Assembly (NCBI GenBank): GCA_021613535.1
Contig: CP075497.1
Location: 1,922,001-1,986,000 of the forward strand
Direction: 5' to 3'
DNA length: 64,000 bases
Source: Adineta vaga
Taxonomy: Eukaryota > Animalia > Rotifera
Shown in pieces: positions 51,148-64,000 of the stretch (positions are counted from its first letter, which is position 1; every line of letters starts with the position of its first letter). Under the pieces are notes generated by a model. It was not told the origin of the DNA. It ran no database searches and worked only from the letters and a program-made list of their open reading frames with translations. The translations under genes were made by a program, and so were the position numbers.

Positions 51148-51497
51148 ATTATTAAAGTAATTGAAGTCTGGAGATATATGCAGATTCACACTTCTCCTTT
51201 TTTTTCTGTATGACACAAGAACCATCAATTGAGATAAAAGCTGAATGTCACGCGGTATTAGTAGAAAGAGTGAGTGCTTTTGCTGCTAACAGACATTTTT
51301 TTTCTCTTTCTCTTTCTTCTCTCTCTCTCTCTTGTATACACAATAAGAGAAAAAAATATTTTTAACTACGTTTCTTAATCAATGAAAAATCAAGAACATT
51401 ACTTGTTCAACATTCACAATAGAAAGGAAACTTATTAGAAATATTTACATACATTCCAACTACTTTTTTTTCTCTCCTCTTAGCAAACAAATCATCA

Positions 51498-53420
51498 ATG
51501 TTTAATATCACATCATCATTCAATAAAACAATTTATAATAATTGGTGTATTTCATTAACAAGCTCAGTTTATTTGTATGGACATTTAATACCTGGAATCG
51601 CTTTGTTTATATTTGGTTTAACATTTAATCTCATTGCTCTTTATTATTTTGCCACTTCACGGAATTTTCGTCGTTCAGCTTATTCATATTATTTTTCTGC
51701 AATTGCTGTTGTTGATTTTGTTCGTTTGACAGTATGGTGTCTTTTCTTTCTACTTGATTTTAAAATCTTTAAATTAAATTTTCGTACATTTGAATGTCCT
51801 TCACAATTATTTATTGAATCCGTTGCCAGTTCGATTAGTGCTTGGCTTGCCGTTTCATTAACAGTCGAACGATGTTTAGTTATATACAAACCATTACAAA
51901 CACTGACAGATACACGAGGAAAACGTGCTTTGAGACTTATTTTTTGCGTCGTATTAGCATCCTGTTTTGTCAATTCATTAATTTTACAACCAGGATTTTA
52001 TGTAAAAAGGTAAGAATTATTAACCTTTTCAACTAAAGTTCTTCTCCATCGAAAGGTAAAGTTAATAAAGTATTCTATATTGAGAATCTCATTTGATTAT
52101 TGATAGTAACTAGCATCGTATCCGTTCTATTTACTTTTTCTGTCTATTAATCATTCATTACTTATTGAAACTCTCCAAGGATTATAAGATAACAAAAATA
52201 GGATAAAGAAAAGCTAAGAATATTTGAAATTTCAATGAACAAATTCTTTTGTCAATAAATATTTCTATGAGGAAAGATTGAACATTCATATCATTTGGAT
52301 AGAAACTAGTTTATGTCAATCAAACGTTCTAGTTTCTTGTATTTCTATCCTATTATTATTATTACTATTATTTCTTCGATATTTATTTACATTAAACAAT
52401 CTGTTCTATAGGAGATGAAAAATGGTCCTGAAATTGTTTTATTCTGTACTAGAAATGTAAACTCGATGAGCTTTTTTTTCTCTCCAAATGTCTCTCAAGT
52501 AATAATTTCTATAATAGAACAAAATATTTATAATAATGATGATTTTTGTTAATTATCGGTAGTCATTTCTATAATTATATTGATAATAATGATAAAATAT
52601 GGTTCATTTTAAAGATAATGATATCTTCGAGAACTCAAATAGGCAAAGATTGCTTTTTTTTCTCTTTAGAGCATATCGTGAAAATAGCCATACAATAGTT
52701 TGTCATTATGAGCAATCATCAATGGCAAATGTAACACTTATAAAACAATCATCATTCTTAAGTCCAAATGTCAAACGAATCTATTTATTAATAATCGTTA
52801 TATTTCGTGTTGCTGTTCCCTTTGTTTTATTAGTCACTGCAAATATCGTTCTTTTCATCAGTGTACGTAAAACACGACAAGGATCATCGAAATCAAATTC
52901 ATCATTACTTATTCGTCATGGCCATCATCGATCAGTGACACCGATGATCTTTTTTTCATCATGTACTCTTCTCTTAACTATTTCACCTCGGTAAATTAAA
53001 TTAAACTTCGTGAAATAAGAATTTCTCTTTTCGTTTAGATATCTTCTTCAATTTTATTTGAATTTTTATCAACGACTTCCCGATTGTTCTTTAACACATT
53101 TCGCACCACATATATTAAAAACTCTCGAATTATTTAATTATGCATTCAATGTATTTGTTTCTATTGTTAGTGGAAAACATGGTCGACATGAATTATTTAA
53201 CATGCTAATGTGTCGAACGATTCCAACTCAAACCTTACGTTTCACTACACCATCGAGACTTGTTGGATTATCTGCACCAAATTCTCTCTTAGCATCCAAA
53301 GCTTCATATCAACATCGAAAAAATACCAAACGTGATGAAATCACTAATCCATCCGAAAAACTTTTACTTCCAAATATTAATCATCATAATAGTAATCATT
53401 ATCATTATCAATATCAATAA
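51498..53420 (+). CDS. Class A (rhodopsin-like) GPCR, peptide-receptor-like; 3 exons
   Basis: TM1 GLTFN, TM2 SAIAVVD, TM3 SAWLAVSLTVERCLVIYKP, TM5 VAVPFVLLVTAN, TM7 LELFNYAFNVFV. Confidence 0.88.
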
Positions 53421-53587
53421 GTTATGATATAATGAAATTTATTTTTGCTAATTGATTTATATTCTTAAAGACACAACACACAAAACTATCTACCGATAAT
53501 ATACACGAAAAGAAAAAGTTGAAGAAAAAGAAGAAATAAACTAGACACACACACGCAAACGAAAGATAAATCAATATATCAGACTTC

Positions 53588-56500
53588 TCACTGTTTTTTG
53601 TTGGTATTTGTCTTTTTTTTATTCAATGTCGTTTGAAAAGCATTCATACGTGCACGATAAGCTTGGGCTTGTTGTTTTGTTTCATGAAATTTCTTCTTTT
53701 CTTGAACCTCAGCTAATTGATCATACAAACGTTTAGAACGTTCTTTTGATTCTCGTACACGTCGTTGTCGTTCATCAGAATCAGTTTCAACAACATTCAT
53801 TGATGAACTACCTGATGTTGCAGAAAGAGATTTCGTTGTTTTTAAACGTGTTGCTACAGGTATATGAGAAGTTTGAATTGAAGTATAATCTTTTGCTTTA
53901 ATTTCATCAACACGTTTTTGACTTGTTGCAAGAAAATCAGCTCGACGTGCTTCTAAAGCAGATTGAAGGGATGGTAATTGGACAACTTGTGCTATTGAAT
54001 AGAGAGGAGACTGAATCTATTGAATAGTACATGATGAAATGACTTACGAGCAGATATATCTTGCTGATTTCCACTGATGAAAAATTCTAGACCACCTACG
54101 TGTGTTTGTTGCTGAGGATGACCTGGATTACTGTTACTACTAGATGATGTTGAAGATGAAGAAGAAGAAGAAGAAGAAGAGGAGGAGGATGTTGGTGGTG
54201 ATGGTTTTTCAAGTTCTTTGGATAAACCTTCACCTACAGTAACAAAATATGACCAATCTGCATTTGTAGTTGTAGTTGGAATGCGATTTTCTGTACGTAA
54301 AATAGGTGAAGTATTTTCATTGGATTTCAATTCATCATGATTATTTGGTGTCATTAATGTGGCATTTCCAGCACTTAATTCATGTTGTTCAAATGAACGT
54401 AATGATGTATCATTACTATTGATTTGTTTATTTGATTTATGTGAAGATAATTGAATTGATGAATTCGTTGATGATGCTAAAAGTATTGGTGAATGTCGAC
54501 TGATTGCTGGCATTGCTAGAAATAAAGGTGTTGATGTTTCTTGTCGATTCTTTGTCTCATTTCTTATGAATGATTCGTTTTTAATCGGTGATAATGCTGG
54601 TGTTGAACAAGCACTTGTTTTATCATCACATGTTGAAAGTGGTGATGAACATTGTTTTTTCTTTTGTTGTGATGTTGATTGGCCATGAATTCCATTCGGA
54701 TGTCGACCTGTTGTCGTTGTTGTTGTTAATGAACGATAACTATTCGAAAGAAGAGTTAATGATGGTTCATCAAGAATACCATGTTCATCACAATCAATCT
54801 AAATCAATCATTAGATTTCATAAGAAGATCTATTCAAATTGAAATGACTTACTTTACAATCAAGTTGAGGCGTTTCAAACAGAGGATGTTCTTCTGCATG
54901 TAAAATAGCAGATGGAAAATCTAATGTTGACAAAGATCCTGTTTCAATCAATGTACTTTTTGCTGTGGTACTGGTAGTTGTTCTTGTGTGGTTTCATATG
55001 ATATTGTTGTTAATTGTCCACTTTCATAATCAGGTGCACGAATCGATGCTGATGAAAAGAATGTTGTTGATTCTCCTGATGGATTTTGTTGATGATTGGA
55101 AATTAATCGTTGCATGGCGCGTTGATTTTGTTCAATCAAATAAGATAATGTATCGTGCTGTTTATTTGAAGTTGATGATGAAGATGAATTGGATGTGATC
55201 GATGTTTCGAATGTATTGGGTGAATTACTTAAATGATGAATATCACTAACGATACTGTTTTGACGATCAGTTTTTTCATGTAGAAGATGATTCAGTGGAA
55301 CATCTGATGAAGAATACGAATGGTGTGATGAACTTGAAATGGGTTGTCCACTGGCAAGTGCTTGTTTAGCAAGAGATGAACGGTAAGTTACTGATGTTAG
55401 TGTGGAATATGATTGATGATGAGCTGATGGAGTTGTCGAAGGAATTAATTGATCAGCAAGTGTCATTGTTGATGAAGATGGTTGCTGTTGCTGTTTCGTT
55501 AAATATTCATGAACTTTGATTAATGACATTAAATCACATTGCTCATTGTCATATTGAGAACGGAGAAATTGTTCTTGTGTTGGTTGAGATGAAGATGAGA
55601 ATATTTCATGAGGATGATTTGATGCTGATGATGGAAGTAATTCTATTTGAAATGAATACAAAAATTGAATTGATTATTGACTAAATTGAGAAGAATATTA
55701 TCTTTTAGATATTTACCTTCGATATTTGATGTACCAAAACCTAATGAATGAGTTAATTGTGGTTCATCTTGTTTGTTTGTATTGATCACGTTTGGTAATT
55801 GTAGTACACATTCATTTGCAAGAATATCTCTCCATTTCTTTGAAATACTTGATAATGATTGATCATCTGATTCTGTATTTGATCTCGGTGTTGTTGTCAT
55901 GACAGGTGGATTTGTACTTGATGAAGTATTTGTTGTTGTTTCATTTGTAATTGTTCGAACGCGTGATTTTCGTGTTGGTAATAAACTTTGAATTCCACTA
56001 CTTGAACTTCTTCCACCGCCTCCTCCTCCGTTTCCACCATTTCCACAAGCGATTGTTGTTCGTGATGTTGCTGAAGAACGTGGACCATCAAAAAGTGAAA
56101 TACCTGAATCATCACGTTCTAAACCATTCGTCAGAACGACTTGTTGCTGTTGTTGTTGGTGATGGTGATGGTGTTGAGGAAAATGAGTTGATGAGATTTG
56201 TGATGTGAGAATTTCATTATGATCAGAGATCGATGATGATGAGGAGGAAGAATCAGCTGATGAGATTCGTTCTAATTGTTGAAGATCAAACGAAGATTTC
56301 AATGGACTACGATGATGAAATACTGATGTATTTCTTGAACTAACAGGTGTATCAACTTCTTGAATTGTACTTAGTTCATGAACTTCATTTGGTACAACAT
56401 TATTCAATTTAGCACGAAGAAGTGATGGAGGAGGAAGTGGTTGAACAGGTGTTTGTTGTTGCTGTTGTTGTTGTTGTTGCTTGATTGATGAGATTCTAAA

Positions 56501-59371
56501 TGGAAAGAAGAGAATGAAAAGATTGAAATAAAAGAATGATTACATTGATTGTTGTCGATATTTTTCATGTTCATGAAGAAGATTTTCACGTTCACGTCGA
56601 ATCAATTCTAATTCTTGTTCAATCAAACGTTTTTCTTCATAAAAACGATTTTCATCATTTTTATTCACATGAAATTCTTGTGAACTTTCCAAATTTCGAT
56701 TCAATGATAATAATTGAGCAATTTCCGGTGATGCTGATCTTGGATCAACTGAACTATTTCCAGATAATGATGACATTGAAGATAAAACATCATCAACAAG
56801 ATCATCAATAATTAATGAACGATGAACGATTTCAGAATTGGATGGTCTTGATTCCATTGTTTGTAAATCATTCGACTTTTGATTTGATTGTTGTTGTTGT
56901 TGTTGAGTAGCAACAAGACGTGAAATGAGATCTTCTAATGAATGATCTCGATCTTCTGATGAATGACTTTCATATTTATCTAAATGAATTCTTTCTCTTT
57001 CTTTCTGTGTATCATCTGACATTGTTTCATGTGATTTGTCATCATCTTCAATGGCAATACCAGATGATGATGACGATTGTGAATGTGAATCATCTGATGT
57101 GACAATTGCTTGAACAGCTTGAACAAATTGTTCATGATCATCTCGTTGTCTTTTACCAGCATAGATCGATGATGCAGATGATGATGGAATACTTGTTGTG
57201 TTGTTTGTCAGACGAAGATTTTTCAATAAACTTTCAATTGAAACATCAGATATGGGTGAAACAATTGGACACATTGTTGTTTGTGGAAGAAGATTAGCTC
57301 GAGCAGATAGAAGACGAATTTGTTCTTCTAAAGCTTGTTTTCGAAATCTAAACAAAATGAAGAAAGTCTTGTTTATTAAATACAACAATCAATAACAAAC
57401 TCAAGTTTTGTTCGTCGTTCTTCAATTTCAGCTGTTGCTGTTGTGTTCACTGAAAGTTGTTCATCTACTTGAATAACAGATGAATCAGCTGATGTACTAC
57501 TTTCAACGTAACCAGGACTAACAACAAGTCGTTTTGGTGTTTTGATTGTTGGTGTGTCAGTTGTTGTTTGTTGACTTGTTCGATTTTGTGCTGCTTGTCT
57601 TTGTCGTTGAATCTTTTCCATGAGACGATTGATATTTTGTTGTTTGATAAATTGTTGTTCAGGTAGTGGTGTTTGTAATGTCATGAGAGTTGGATCAGCT
57701 AATGTTGCTTCCTCATCTTCTTGTATTTCTTCATTTGCCATTGGAATTGTATTCACAGATGGAGTTATTGTTGCCATACGATATTCTGGAAAAGCATTTG
57801 CTTCTTCTCCTTCTTCTTCATTTTCAGCAATAAGTGTTCGATCACTCGCTGCATCTTCTTCTGGTTCATCTTCATTCATCAACACAATGGGAATTGGTTC
57901 TAAACACAAAGAAAAAATAAAGACTGTTTTTGAGAGATGAAAATGAAACAAACGTTTTCGATGATTTTCTTGATAAACTTGTTCAAATGCTGTTTCCATG
58001 TGTCGTTGTTTATCTTCTCGTTCTTCTTCTCGACGCCATGGTGGAATGAAAATACTCTTCTAAATAAACGAAAACTCTTCGATTTCTTTTTTTCTATTCT
58101 TTGAGTAAATAATGATAGTTACAGGAAGATTTTGAATTTCCTTTTGACGTCGATCTCGATCTTGTCTTTCTAGTTTACCTAATTCTTCGAGTACATTATC
58201 ATATGCCTATGTGAAAAGAAAATATTTTCAATGATTTGAAGAAGAAGAGATTTAATTTACATTATCAAGAACTTCTCGTTTCAATGCATTATCACCACGA
58301 ACACGAGCTTTTTCTTGTTGTTCATTCCATAAACGTTGTTTATCCAAAACAAAAGCATCAACACGTTCTTGTTCAACGACTGCATCTTGTGCTGCATCAC
58401 CCTATACAATGCCAAATAATTATCTCTCTTATTTCCCAACTATCTTCTCTCTTTACTTGTTGATCATCTTCTTTCGTCACAAGACGTTCTTCTAAATGAT
58501 ATCGTGATGTTGTAAAATTGTATGGATCATGCACAGTCACAATTGTTGCTAAACAAAACAAATAAATATTCATTCATATAAAGAATGAAAAAAAAATGCA
58601 TTTACTTGGTTTCGTTTGCAGATCACGTAAAGGATCTTCTGGTGGTGGTAATTGAGCGATTCGTTGTGCACGAAGTTTTTCTAATTCAAGAGCTGCTTTT
58701 CTACAAGAGAAGAAGAAAGAAGAAGTTAATTCTGATTGAGGAACATGTTCTATGAATAAGCAAACCGATGAAGAATATGAAGATTTCGTTCATTCTCATT
58801 GTGCATCATATCAACATGAAGTTTATCAAGTGCTTGGTGACCTCGTTCAACAGCACGAGCATCATTTTCCAATGTTTTCTTCAACCATTGTTGTTCATAA
58901 TCAGGCTAAATCAATTGAATTTAGTTTAGTTGAAATAATGATATAATTAAGGAAAGATTTTACTTGTTCTGTTGCTTCTTTATGTCCTTTACCCATTTCC
59001 ATAAGATTTTCACGAAATTGATATTCAAGATTATCTTGTAAATCGATCTTTTCTTGAACCCATTCATTCTAAATTGAAAGAAAAACGAATCAATCAAGAG
59101 GAGAAGAAGACGATATAATAATTTACTTGAAGTTGATTAATTAAATGATAAGTTTGTTTTTTCTTTTCATCTGCGACTGTTTGACGAAGTTGAGCAGCTC
59201 GTTCTTTTTCAATTTGACGCGTCTGAGGGGAAAATATGGAGATATATTCATTTGATTGTAATAAATAAAAAAAGGAAAATTTACCTGTAAAAGACGAAGT
59301 GTTCGTCGACGTTCTGTTTCATTTTGAATTAATTTTTCTTGTTGACTTGTTGAAATGACTAAACTTTTCAT
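53588..59371 (-). CDS. CEP295: CEP295 (KIAA1731/Ana1)-like centriolar protein with C-terminal ALMS motif; many exons
   Basis: N-terminal ETERRRTLRLLQTRQIEKE..EW..MGKGHKEA..KAALELEKLRAQRIAQLPPP; long S/Q-rich disordered middle; C-terminal SLQSALEARRADFLATSQKR..SKRLYDQLAEV. Confidence 0.85.
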
Positions 59372-59544
59372 TGCAAAGAAAAGTTATTCAACACTATCTT
59401 CGTCGATTTTTACTAAACTTAGACAAAGAATCACGTTATGGATTGGTGTTCAATGCCATAGAACTGGTCAAAGAAATTTTCATTACTCAGCAACATCCAC
59501 AAATAATTAATTCAAAACTTTATCAAAATTTTCAATCCAAATCA

Positions 59545-62077
59545 ATGAAATTGTCATTTTTCATTCGAAAGAATTTTATTTCTAAAGTTTATCCTAAGAA
59601 TTTTTCTAAATTGCCGACATCTATCGTAAACCATCTGATATGTTAAGATTGATCAATGCTTTTGACCATACATTGAATTGATTGTATATCGACGGAAAAG
59701 TAAAAATCTCCTTACTTCTATTTTTTTTAGTAAAGATGTTACCATTGGTATTGTCTCCTCTCATTCCTCATCACGTTTTCTCTTAACTCGATGGCATTCG
59801 ACATTAGTTATTCAACGTTATTTATCATCAGTCCGTCCACCCAAACCACCATTTTCACCTTTAGCAAAGCAAAACTGTATGAATTAATAATTAACAAAAA
59901 AAAACTAATATTTATTTGAAATTTTTAGTAAATAATGTAAAGCAAACATTCGATTCTATGATTGATTTTCGAAGAGAACAAGCAAGACGAACAGTGCTCA
60001 TTCATGTAAAACTACCCTTAAATTCTCAATTTTTCTTTTCATTTTCTAAAATTTCAGCTTGGTCGAAGTCATTCCGAATCTGAATTATACAAATTATGTT
60101 CACGTATTGGACAGATCACAAATATGACACTCTATACAGCTAATAAAAAGGTTCGTCAAAATCATTCTAAATGTTCAATTAGAAAATGCATTTTCAAATT
60201 TAGGAATGTGCTTTACTTGAATTTTCGAATGAACAAAGTGTGACTAAATTATTGAATGTAACCAGTCATTTCACCAATGAAAATCGTTTACCATGTGCAT
60301 CACGAAATTTGTATTATGCAGTATGTGATAATAATCTATCAGGAAATTTGACTTATGTAATCTATAGTCTCAATCAACTGGTATGCGATTAAAAAATCTT
60401 CCAGTGGGTCGAGAAGTTCAGCAACCGGATGATTCAATTCTTGATAAAGCTTTAACTGATATTCGTAACGTAAGGTTTGCAATGAAATTAATCGAGTTTT
60501 TCGTTATAAAATTCGCTTTTTTTTTCTCGTGAGATTAGTGATCAAATTCGTTATTTTTGGCAAAAGACAAAATTAACAGAACTTGATACAAGGCTTCGAT
60601 TTTTTGTTGCATCACTTGTTGAAGGTAACAGTCAAAGATGTGATCTAATTTCAATGAAAACATGTTGTGATATTTTGTAGAAGCATTTTCAAGTATTTTT
60701 GTTGATACCGTTTGTCTTCCATTTGGTTCATCTATAACAACATTTGGTAAATCTCGGTGTGATTTAGATATGTTATTAACATTTGAAGATTTTCGAGAGA
60801 AAAACGTAAGACATTTCTGAATGTCTTATTTTATATTGATGATTTTCTTTTTAAAAACAAAAAAGATGAAATCTGATAATAAAATGCAACAGTTACGTTT
60901 TTTAACAAAACGAAGTTATTTAAATGATCGTTTTCAAGCTCAAGCATATCTCAAAGTAAAACTTTCTATTCAATCATTTATATCTTAACACATTTATTGA
61001 TCTAGATTCTTGCTGATACATTAAAACATTTCATGGCTGAATGTACGAATGTTCAAATAATTCTTCCAGCTCGTGTACCGATCGTACGTTTTCAACATCG
61101 CTTATCTGATCTTCAATGTGATGTATCCATGAGTGAATTCAAGTTTGAAAGAAAAAAAACAAGCCTAAACTATATTTTTCATTACATTGAATTTCAAATA
61201 GATCTTCATATTATATGTCAAAATTACTTTGGAGTTTAAGTTCATTTGATAATCGTGTATCACCACTTGTATTTGTTATTCGTCGATGGGCACGTGAAGC
61301 TTCAATAACTCAAAGTACACCTGGACCATGGTTTTCAAATTTTCAAATGACTTTACTCGTTCTTTTCTATCTACAATCCAGTGGAATATTACCAAAGCTT
61401 AATTATATTAATGAACAATTGACTATAACATCATCACCAGATCTTAATCCAGGAAATGGTAAATAAAAGTTTAAAAAAAAACTATTAAATAGCAAATGAA
61501 TTTCGTATTGTTTAGGTGATCTTCGTGATGATATGATTTTAATGAATGAACTTGAAAATATTCGGGATGTGCAAATGAATAAAGTTAATAAGAATTCACT
61601 TGGTAAGATTAATACATAAAAGTTTACAAATAGTGATTTATTGTTTTTTGTTTCCTTCTAGCCGTTCTTCTCAAAGATTTCTTTTCATTTTATGAAAAAT
61701 TTGATTTTCAATCATCATTAATAACATTAATTAATCGTAAAGATTCATCGAAATCATCTTTAATTCAAGTTGGTAAAGATAAAGATTGGCCAATCTATAT
61801 TGAAAACCCACTTGTACCTTCAATGAATGCTTCAAAAAATCTCGTCGAATCTGAAGGTGAACGTTTTCGTCAAACTTGTTCAAAAGCATTGCAACTATTT
61901 TCTGATTCTTCCAAAGATCTTCTTGCTTTATTCGACGAATGTCGTCAAACATTACCTGAAGATCTTATAGCACGTGCATATCCTGCACCTATATCAATTA
62001 TGCCTGACTTACAAACAGACATCGATCATGAAGAATTAACTAATGATGTCGTTCAACAACATATAAGTCAATCTTGA
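59545..62077 (+). CDS. MTPAP: Mitochondrial poly(A) polymerase (5' end uncertain, between 59545 and ~59790)
   Basis: RREQARRTVLIH, LTELDTRLRFFVASLVE, CLPFGSSITTFGKSRCDLDM (GS..DxD), ARVPIVRF..CDVS, IRRWARE..PGPWFSNFQMTLLVLFYLQ, YIENPL. Confidence 0.9.
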
Positions 62078-62184
62078 ATGTTATTTTCTTTTCTCTTTGT
62101 TATTGAATTAGCAAAAAATGAAGATATATATTTGTTATTGTTATAAAATCATTTGTTGATTTTCGTTACTTTTTTTTCTAGATT

Positions 62185-62901
62185 ATGCAATCAGTACATG
62201 CGAATACCCATACATCGAAACGGCGTCGTCGTTTTACGACTGAAACATTATTTCGATTGCTTAGTCAAAATAATCGTTTAGATGATTTTCGAGCATATTC
62301 AACAACGGAAAATGATCAAACAAGTTCGTATACAAATGGTTTTACATTGGAAAATGATCTTCGGAATATTTGGGAACTTCTTTCTCAAATGATACGTAAA
62401 AGACTTCTCAATCATGAACCGTGTTTATTACCTGAACTTGGTGCTTTTGTTCTAATTGATCATCCATCAAAAGATAATCTCCCAATTAAAGAACCATTTT
62501 TTGTCTTAGATACAACTTTTGCTCGTCGTCATCGTTTATCACGTATAAAAAAACCTAATCTTTCATCGGCACTTTCTCTTTCACTTCAAGCCAATGGAAA
62601 ATCTACACATATCGAACCCAATACAACTTTATCATCATTTAATATGCAAACATTAGATTATGTTTCATTACAAAATCAATCAGGTTTAACACGTGAACAA
62701 TTAATGACTGCTATTGCACAGATCTTTGCCATTATTGATAAAGAAATTCATCCCTATGGATTTTGTGATTTAGAATTTCCTCAATTGGGACATTTTCGAA
62801 TTTTATTTGGTTTAGCAACATTTGAATTTAGTGAAACATTTTCAACTGAATTTAAATTAACATTTGTGAAAAATGATTCAACAACATCAAATGACAAATA
62901 A
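62185..62901 (+). CDS. Stand-alone CCDC81-type tandem eukaryotic HU-domain protein (intronless, no coiled coil)
   Basis: IWELLSQMIRKRL..LLPELGAF..PFFVL and LDYVSL..TRE..DLEFPQLGHFRI..FEFSETF parallel CCDC81 HU domains 1 and 2. Confidence 0.65.
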   Translation: MQSVHANTHTSKRRRRFTTETLFRLLSQNNRLDDFRAYSTTENDQTSSYTNGFTLENDLRNIWELLSQMIRKRLLNHEPCLLPELGAFVLIDHPSKDNLPIKEPFFVLDTTFARRHRLSRIKKPNLSSALSLSLQANGKSTHIEPNTTLSSFNMQTLDYVSLQNQSGLTREQLMTAIAQIFAIIDKEIHPYGFCDLEFPQLGHFRILFGLATFEFSETFSTEFKLTFVKNDSTTSNDK

Positions 62902-62972
62902 TATCGAAAAAAACAAAAAGACATTTTCTTTTAGAATGTCCGGTGATTCTATTTTTTGTTCGTTTTTTTTCT

Positions 62973-62994
62973 TTGTTGTTGTTGTTGTTGTTGT
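62973..62994. repeat. (TTG)n microsatellite in 3' flank
   Basis: About 7 tandem ttg units seen directly. Confidence 0.8.
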
Positions 62995-63716
62995 TCTTGT
63001 TGTCTTTATAATATTATTTTGAGTGTTGTGTCAGATTTTGTTGTTTTGTTTCTTAAATGTATTTTTGGTGTTTCTTTCTTTCTTTGTTTCTATGTAATTA
63101 GAACTTTTATTTGTATTTTGAGAAGTAAATATTTGTATAACATGTATAGTGATCAATAACTAAACTTTACTATCATTGAAGAATACGTTTCATTCTCTGT
63201 ACAATCTAGTGAATAGTTGCCAAAATTCCTAAGGATACATTAAATCTATGAAATTTACGATAGCTCATTCGACCATATTGCTTTTTAGGTGGAAGAAATA
63301 TCTTGGTTTCAGAGGTAAGTAACTTTGGGGGTATGCCATTCGAACTCCGGAGTTGAGGGTGTCTATATCGGCTTGGTTCTCCTTGTCGATTAACGTTACT
63401 GATGTCAAAATATATTCGGATGATAAAAGTGTTGATATTATAGACACTGAATATATTTAAACAACGTGTATCAAATATACATCTTACTGATTGAGATTGA
63501 AAGGATATATTTTTCACGTCTATGTAAAATCTTATTCTAACGACCTCTGATAGATGTCACTCATATAGTCATGAGTTCATAAACTCGTGAATCATTTGTA
63601 TATTTCTCATCATCATCATCATGTTTTTCTATTTATTCATTCGTTGTTGTGATTAATGACAAACTATATTAAATATTCTCAAATTCAAATCTGATTTTTT
63701 TCTGACAATAAACTCA

Positions 63717-64000
63717 ATGATATTTTTCAAGAATCTCTTCTCTTTTCTCTTCATTTTATTTGTTTATTTCAATTGTTCTGTTCAAGGTAATTTTCAATTT
63801 TTATTATTTTTTCATCTACGTTATTTTATCCCTTAGGACAAAATGAAACATTCACTTCAATAGCAACACAAGCAACGACAACAATAAACGATGTATCGAC
63901 AAGTAAAGATCTTGAACAGTAATTTCCTTTTAATGAATCAATATCTTTTAGATAAATCATGTCCTGGTGGTCATATTGATTTTCCAACTTGTACAAAATG
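63717..64000 (+). CDS. 5' part of a secreted/membrane protein, truncated by the window end
   Basis: Signal peptide MIFFKNLFSFLFILFVYFNCSVQG, two in-phase short introns, Thr-rich segment, then Cys-containing KSCPGGHIDFPTCTK. Confidence 0.6.

Noticed and set aside
1257-58946. Many 60-150 aa antisense or alternate-frame ORFs in the track (e.g. 1257, 4223, 14280, 29012, 54588-57940)
   Set aside because: They are shadows of real exons on the other strand or frame, with low-complexity M/L/H/N-rich translations and no motifs.
7355-62901. Functional cluster of ciliary/centriolar genes (FHAD1, TTLL10-like, CEP295, CCDC81-like)
   Set aside because: They are scattered over 55 kb among unrelated genes; this is plausible by chance in a ciliated animal.
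63206-63517. ORFs at 63206..63517 and 63265..63447
   Set aside because: No recognisable motif. They could be a decayed gene or TE fragment, but this cannot be supported without a search.
1-64000. Prokaryotic systems (CRISPR arrays, bacterial operons, rRNA/tRNA) or bacterial contamination
   Set aside because: No repeat-spacer arrays or RNA-gene signatures were seen. The foreign-type genes carry spliceosomal introns or sit among animal genes with the same composition.

Overview
This is eukaryotic, AT-rich, gene-dense genomic DNA with many short (~50-60 nt) GT-AG introns, including GTTCGT/GTTTGT/GTAAAT donors. The gene content points to a bdelloid rotifer (inferred, not proven): expanded F-box-like/LRR genes, NHL-EGF-TM genes, and intron-bearing enzymes of non-animal type. 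The supplied ORF track mostly shows exon fragments, so I rebuilt about 31 gene models by hand and coordinates span first to last codon. Recognisable genes: FHAD1, PTPA, SUPT3H-like, SRSF3/7-like, ATP6V1D, MRPS25, PARG, TTLL10-like, CEP295-like, MTPAP, a CCDC81-type HU-domain gene, a class A GPCR, an SDR and an ankyrin protein. Horizontal-transfer candidates: a DUF4139-like gene, a class II cAMP phosphodiesterase, a DPP5-type S9 peptidase and an intronless GT-A-like gene. Main points: (1) a five-gene same-strand run (32133->25236) with 33-127 nt spacers, each holding a U-rich tract and an unpaired YAG|AT acceptor just before the ATG, i.e. a putative SL-trans-spliced operon headed by a decayed pseudogene, with a second divergent run opposite it; (2) two paralogous coiled-coil + hnRNP K-type KH fusions, one directly downstream of a TRIM gene with a broken NHL domain; (3) a PARG lacking the GGG signature; (4) a four-exon 66-aa microprotein missing from the ORF track; (5) a 389-bp hAT-type MITE with TIRs and an 8-bp TSD. 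All homology calls come from motif recognition only; no searches were run.
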